Below are positions 15,101 to 18,391 of a DNA stretch of 18,391 bases, piece by piece (the stretch's first letter is position 1; every line of letters begins with the position of its first letter). This stretch comes from an uncultured Deferribacteres bacterium (GTDB lineage Bacteria; Zhuqueibacterota; Zhuqueibacteria; Zhuqueibacterales; Geothermadaptataceae). Position numbers and translations under genes: made by a program. The notes beneath the pieces were generated by a model. It had not been told where the DNA came from and searched no databases. It was given only the letters and a program-made list of their open reading frames with translations. The stretch is taken from the NCBI GenBank assembly GCA_964014485.1, contig CAXHAT010000159.1, positions 1-18,391 of the forward strand. The letters are read 5' to 3'.

Positions 15101-17416
15101 GTCATCACGCAAAAAATCTTTGATATTGCTGGAAGTGAAGAAACCTTCGACGCCAACGCGAGCACAATTTTGGCGGCTTGCAAAACCCTGCCGCAGGAAT
15201 TTTCGAATCTGCGCTGCCGCCACATCGATTTAGCCGAAAAGCCAAAAACAGAGCTTGCTGATGAACGTCTCTGGCAAGAGCTTTCCGCTGAAATTGACGA
15301 AACGACAGTGGCCCTGCGCGGAAGGCGCCGATGGGGGCAAAGGTTTGAAAAAGTTAAATTTGATGAAGTTTCTGAAAAACTCGAGAGCGCCCCGTCCCGG
15401 TCATTCCCGTGCAGGCGGGAATCTCTGGAGCAGTCCACAGCGCTGGATTCCCGCCTGAGCGGGAATGATGTGGAATTAGTGTTCGGGGACGACTCCGGCG
15501 GCTCGCGATTGCGTGATGGCGGCGTTTATCTCATCATCGGCGGATTGGGCAATCTCGGCTTGAGCATCGCGCATACGCTCGCCGGGAAAGCGCAGGCAAA
15601 ACTGGCGCTCCTTGGCCGCGCGCGATTTCCTGAAAAATCACAATGGCGCGAATACACCAAAAAACACGGCAAGAAAGACCCGGTCAGCAAAAAAATCCGC
15701 GTGCTGCACGGTCTCGAGCAAATCGGCGCCGAAGTTTTGACGCTCTCCGCGGATGTTGCAAACGCCGAAGAAATGCGCGGCGTTTTTGAGAAAGTTGAAA
15801 AAACATTCGGCGAAATTAACGGCGTCGTCCACGCGGCCGGGCAGGTCGGCGGGGGGACGTTTTTGCCGGTTCAAGAGTTGAACGTCGACACGTTCCGCGA
15901 ACAGTTTCAAGCCAAAGCAACGGGCTTGGAAGTTTTGCACGAACTGTGCGCCGCCAAAAATCCGGATTTCGTTTTGCTCACCTCATCGCTCTCGACGATT
16001 CTTGGCGGATTGGGTTTTACCGCCTACGCCGCCGCCAACCAATTCATGAACGCTTTCGCGCAGCAAGCCAATCTTTCCAGCAAGTTCCCCTGGATCACGG
16101 TTGACTGGGACAATTGGATTTTTGAAGAATCGGAAAAGTCGGCGTCAGGGGCTTCAAACTTTTCGATGTCGCCAGAAGAAGGCGCGAAGACGCTGGATTT
16201 TGTTTTCTCGAAAAATGCGCCGACGCAAATGGCCGTTTCAACCGGTGATCTGGAAATGCGCATCGATCAATGGGTGAGGATGAAGCGCGCCGATGAAGCC
16301 GCATCAAGCCCCTCGGACAAAACCTTGCACCAACGCCCGGCATTATCGACGGAATTCGTCGCGCCGCGGGATGAATTTGAACGTGCGTTTGCGGAAATCC
16401 TGCAAGATTTGCTCGGCATTCAGGAAATCGGCGTAAACGACAACTTTTTCGAGCTGGGCGGAACTTCGATGTTGGGCGTGGAAATGTTCGCGAAAATCGA
16501 GGACAAGTACGGCAAGCGTTTTTCACCGGCGCTGCTTTTCGAATCGCCGACGATTGCGCAGCTCGCGGAAGCATTGCGCAAGGCTGTGGCTGGCAAGGGC
16601 GAAACTTATCGCGCGCTGGTGCCGATTCAGCCGAGCGGTTCAAGACCGCCGTTCTATCTGGTGCATCCGCAGGTCGGAACCGTCTTGGGATTCGCTGATC
16701 TGGCGCGGGCGTTGGGACCGGATCAACCGTTTTTCGGCCTGCAAGCACGCGGTCTGGACGGGAAACAAAAGCCGTTCAACAAGATCGAGCGCATGGCCGG
16801 ACACTACGTGAAAGAGATTCTCGAACATCAGCCGGAAGGGCCCTATTTCATCGGCGGGCGCTGTTTCGGCGGCATCATCGCGCTGGAAATGGCGCAACAA
16901 CTGCGAAAGCTCGGCAAAAAAGTCGGCCTGCTGGCGATCCTGGACACGCAAGCCGTGCCGAACGTCGATTTGGAGACTGAGAATCGCGATCAATTGGTCA
17001 AAAGAACAAAACAAGTTCACCATCAAAAGAACGGCAAAAAAGAACTTGATCTCGAAACCGACAGCCATTTGGTGGCTGACTTGATCGGAACTTCCGATCC
17101 GCTGTTGAAAGCGATCATGCGCAAACATCAGACGGCGCGCAAAAAGTACCGGCCTAAGCCGTGGAATGGCGACCTCGTGCTGTTCCGCAACGGCGACGAA
17201 TCCCCGATTCCTGAAGGTCAGGTGATCTGGGAACAGCTCACGCTCGGAAAATTCGAAGTTCATCTCGTCCCGGGCGAGCACCGGACGATTTTGCTTGAGC
17301 CGCACGTGCAAACGCTGGCGAAAAAGCTGCGGGACAGCCTGGATTCAGCGGGAGCGGAAGTTGGAAAAAGGGCAACGGGCGGAAGGTTTCGAGCGGAAAA
17401 GTATGAGGTGGTTTAA
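12134..17416 (+). CDS. Atypical terminal type I PKS: N-dock-KS(second His to Ser)-degenerate AT-KRs-KR-carrier protein-thioesterase(Cys)
   Basis: KS has DTACSSS and EAHGTGT but KTNLGSLE. AT remnant ANGVGEL replaces GHSxG, with no GQG or HAFH motif. KR: GGVYLIIGGLGNLG, K (QAKATG), SSLS...AYAAAN intact. Carrier DNFFELGGTSM. TE: PFYLVHP, GPYFIGGRCFGG, LAILDT, VPGEHRTIL. RBS GAGGAG at 12124-12129. Confidence 0.93.
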   Translation: MSQPTVNSPQLSQAQRALLALKEMRAKLEKMQTEKSEPIAVVGIGCRFPKDADSPEDYWEMLKAGVSGIDEVPKDRWNLDEWYDPDPNAPGKMYTKWGGFYKSVDRFDPGFFGIPPREAENMDPQHLMLLEVMWEAFERAGIAPDSLSGSRTGVFLGVSNNDFTQIKTQFAQAADNNAFAATGTSFCMAAGRLSYTLGLQGPSMAVDTACSSSLVAIHLACQSLRSRDSHLALAAGVNLMLTPDPTVTFCKTGVLSKDGKCKTFDASADGYVRGEGCGVLVLKRLSDAQKDGDNIIALIRGSAVNQDGKSSGMTAPNGPAQEAVIKRALENAGVTPNEVGYVEAHGTGTEMGDPIEVHALSEVFGENRAQENPLRLGAVKTNLGSLEAASGMASIVKVAMMLKNKAFAPHLNLKEISPKLNLSEIPAEVPTTFTPWETVEKSRIAGVSSFGLSGTNAHIVLQEAEERTTKDGVFVNERPLHLLVLSAKGEFALREKAVQIQEALSLANSEDFADVCFIANGGRAHFAQRLAFIAASAEDARAQIGNFLNEKDNDAPGFINTVKATQRQKTAFVLCDLNESDVAASQVLFETQPAFKNAIQRCDELLKKSGESSFLENLYSLESASRSENQRRVACFVVQFALAEMWRAWGVKPGLFLANGVGELTAACLAGSVSLENALELAKNFDGVFEKIAWNRPRLPIIFLSHGDALKTEDLQRRGIWRGEAKDVSRLIKSVKLAKEKSCNIFLEIGFGRSLHDALLQMPETNGTLDQMLWLPGKTENGDDGAAWKSLLNSLAQMYLKGVEIDFKNFDAGYNRRRVVLPTYPFQRQQFKIEHGKASASPAPKKLRKLENIEDWFYAPSWKSLPQLPGAGLDARRETWLIFADEGGAGERLASKLAASDDKVISIKAGENFKREDWSYTINVKESTDYDIVLNELAVRGLAPTRVVHFWSLNETTEFETMQNQGLYGLVFLAQSLKRQNISTKITIDVITQKIFDIAGSEETFDANASTILAACKTLPQEFSNLRCRHIDLAEKPKTELADERLWQELSAEIDETTVALRGRRRWGQRFEKVKFDEVSEKLESAPSRSFPCRRESLEQSTALDSRLSGNDVELVFGDDSGGSRLRDGGVYLIIGGLGNLGLSIAHTLAGKAQAKLALLGRARFPEKSQWREYTKKHGKKDPVSKKIRVLHGLEQIGAEVLTLSADVANAEEMRGVFEKVEKTFGEINGVVHAAGQVGGGTFLPVQELNVDTFREQFQAKATGLEVLHELCAAKNPDFVLLTSSLSTILGGLGFTAYAAANQFMNAFAQQANLSSKFPWITVDWDNWIFEESEKSASGASNFSMSPEEGAKTLDFVFSKNAPTQMAVSTGDLEMRIDQWVRMKRADEAASSPSDKTLHQRPALSTEFVAPRDEFERAFAEILQDLLGIQEIGVNDNFFELGGTSMLGVEMFAKIEDKYGKRFSPALLFESPTIAQLAEALRKAVAGKGETYRALVPIQPSGSRPPFYLVHPQVGTVLGFADLARALGPDQPFFGLQARGLDGKQKPFNKIERMAGHYVKEILEHQPEGPYFIGGRCFGGIIALEMAQQLRKLGKKVGLLAILDTQAVPNVDLETENRDQLVKRTKQVHHQKNGKKELDLETDSHLVADLIGTSDPLLKAIMRKHQTARKKYRPKPWNGDLVLFRNGDESPIPEGQVIWEQLTLGKFEVHLVPGEHRTILLEPHVQTLAKKLRDSLDSAGAEVGKRATGGRFRAEKYEVV
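15400..15469. repeat. dRS3-like palindromic element in frame in the KRs-KR linker of the second PKS
   Basis: Two inverted ATTCCC-N8-GGGAAT units (15403-15422, N8=GTGCAGGC; 15447-15466, N8=GCCTGAGC). Encodes SFPCRRESLEQSTALDSRLSGND. Confidence 0.88.
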
Positions 17417-17505
17417 GACCGTTATGTCGAAGCGGGATGCAATCCTTAGGGCGTCGAAGATTATTTGAAAGCCAAGAAAGAAACTCCGGCGAAACGTCTT
17501 GTCAG

Positions 17506-17847
17506 TCACGTGATGCACTCTATTTTATCAATATAAATATTCACCAATTTGTGGGTCTGAACCAGGCTTTCGGCGCGTCCCCAGACTTTCGCTAAATAGG
17601 TATGAAAATCGATTCGTCTCATATTGCCAAAACGCAGATGGATCACTCTTGGAGGCGGGGAAGAAATGATGATGCGGTCTGAAAAATCAGAATCTTTGGA
17701 GACGATGACGAGATCGTTCTTCTTGGCATAACGCCAAATTTGTGTATCTGTTAAACTCTTGCCAAGCATTGAGACGTGTGATATCGGGAAGGATGGCTCA
17801 AAGCGAATTTTTTCAGGGAGGTTCTCGTCGAACAGAAAACCCTTCAT
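17506..17847 (-). CDS. DUF5615 family PIN-like protein (putative VapC45-like toxin)
   Basis: N-terminal 'FLFDENLP', 'LTDTQIWRYAKKNDLVIVSKDSDF' and 'PPRVIHLRFGN' match the DUF5615/PIN-like pattern. ATGA overlap with the upstream DUF433 gene at 17844-17847. Confidence 0.85.
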   Translation of the reverse strand: MKGFLFDENLPEKIRFEPSFPISHVSMLGKSLTDTQIWRYAKKNDLVIVSKDSDFSDRIIISSPPPRVIHLRFGNMRRIDFHTYLAKVWGRAESLVQTHKLVNIYIDKIECIT

Positions 17848-18068
17848 GCGAGCATCTCAATTTCGTAACGATTGGCCATCAGTTTTGAAGCGTAATTGAT
17901 ACAAGCATGGACGTCATCTTTTTGCAAAGTCGGATATTCTTCAAGGACGTCTTCTATAGAGTCGCCAGCCCCTAAGAATTCCAGAATAGTTTGTACAGTG
18001 ATGCGCGTCCCGACAATAATGGGTCGGCCATTACAGATGGCCGGATCAATTGTAATTCTTGAATTCAT
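17844..18068 (-). CDS. DUF433 domain protein (putative VapB45-like antitoxin)
   Basis: 'RITIDPAICNGRPIIVGTRITVQTILEFLGAGDSIEDVLEEYPTLQKDDVHACINYA' is the canonical DUF433 pattern. ATG at 18068 preferred; TTG at 18077 is an alternative start. Confidence 0.9.
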   Translation of the reverse strand: MNSRITIDPAICNGRPIIVGTRITVQTILEFLGAGDSIEDVLEEYPTLQKDDVHACINYASKLMANRYEIEMLA

Positions 18069-18133
18069 GTACTCCAAGCTCTCGTTTGAAAATTCTGTTT
18101 TGCCCTTTCTGTGTTATCGCCAAGTAACGTATA

Positions 18134-18162
18134 ATGATAAATATTGGCAGCCCCTTAGTCAA
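18134..18162 (-). promoter_or_regulatory. sigma70-type promoter for the DUF433/DUF5615 pair, overlapped by an inverted repeat
   Basis: Minus strand TTGACT (18162-18157), 17 nt, TATCAT (18139-18134). IR AATATTG (18140-18146) / CAATATT (18160-18166) spans the spacer and overlaps the -35. Confidence 0.6.
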
Positions 18163-18174
18163 TATTCAAATAGG

Positions 18175-18240
18175 GTGCGCCTAAAATAACGCCCCAAGCC
18201 GTGGAACGGCGACGAATTCCCGACGCCCAACCTGGACGAG
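18175..18240 (+). pseudogene. Decayed fragment of a thioesterase-coding sequence paralogous to the end of the second PKS
   Basis: Reads VRLK*RPKPWNGDEFPTP vs PKS2 ARKKYRPKPWNGD[LVLFRNGD]ESPIP (17135-17212). CCCAAGCCGTGGAACGGCGAC vs CCTAAGCCGTGGAATGGCGAC is 19/21. Confidence 0.65.
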
Positions 18241-18347
18241 CCAGAAAACTCGCATGCTTGCGTTTGAGTTGAATGTTGAAAGTTACAAGCTGATGTTACG
18301 CACTTTCGGAAATTTTCCAAATAGCACCTGAGAAATGTCACTTTTAC

Positions 18348-18374
18348 GTCATTCCCGCGCAGGCGGGAATCCAG
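18348..18374. repeat. Intergenic dRS3-like unit (left arm; a partner arm may lie beyond the window)
   Basis: GTCATTCCCGCGCAGGCGGGAATCCAG, i.e. ATTCCC-GCGCAGGC-GGGAAT at 18351-18370; same family as 5915-5992 and 15400-15469. Confidence 0.85.
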
Positions 18375-18391
18375 TCAATCGCGCACAGCCC

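Noticed and set aside
18130..18135. Plus-strand TATAAT as a rightward promoter
   Set aside because: No convincing -35 at 16-18 nt spacing and no intact downstream gene visible; the minus-strand promoter fits better.

Overview
Bacterial window, probably FCB-superphylum/KSB1/Calditrichota-like. That assignment is inferred only from the 'FALHQNYPNPFNPETTIRF' + FlgD-Ig C-terminal sorting domain. Contents: (1) The 3' part of a giant secreted protein (8 FN3 repeats, 3 F5/8-type-C/discoidin domains, T9SS-type C-terminal domain), open from before base 1 to 3843. (2) A three-gene + strand biosynthetic unit. The first gene is a fully reducing, malonyl-type cis-AT PKS (KS-AT-DH-ER-KR-ACP). The second is a polytopic membrane protein with dolichol/phytol/DAG-kinase (SEC59/VTE5/DGK1) motifs. 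The third is an atypical terminal PKS whose KS has lost its second catalytic His, whose AT is dead and truncated, whose KR is intact, and whose thioesterase has Cys in place of the Ser nucleophile. (3) A convergent DUF433/DUF5615(PIN-like) toxin-antitoxin-like pair with a good sigma70 promoter, followed by a decayed fragment of a paralogous thioesterase. Several unrelated families of small palindromic repeats are layered over the window (dRS3-like ATTCCC-N8-GGGAAT pairs, CCCCCTTCGAAGGGGG elements, inverted 7/8-mer tandem arrays). At least four are translated in frame inside the PKS and surface-protein genes. The most promising candidate system is PKS + membrane lipid kinase + non-elongating Cys-TE module. 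It may make a phosphorylated or unusually released polyketide lipid; the product is inference only.
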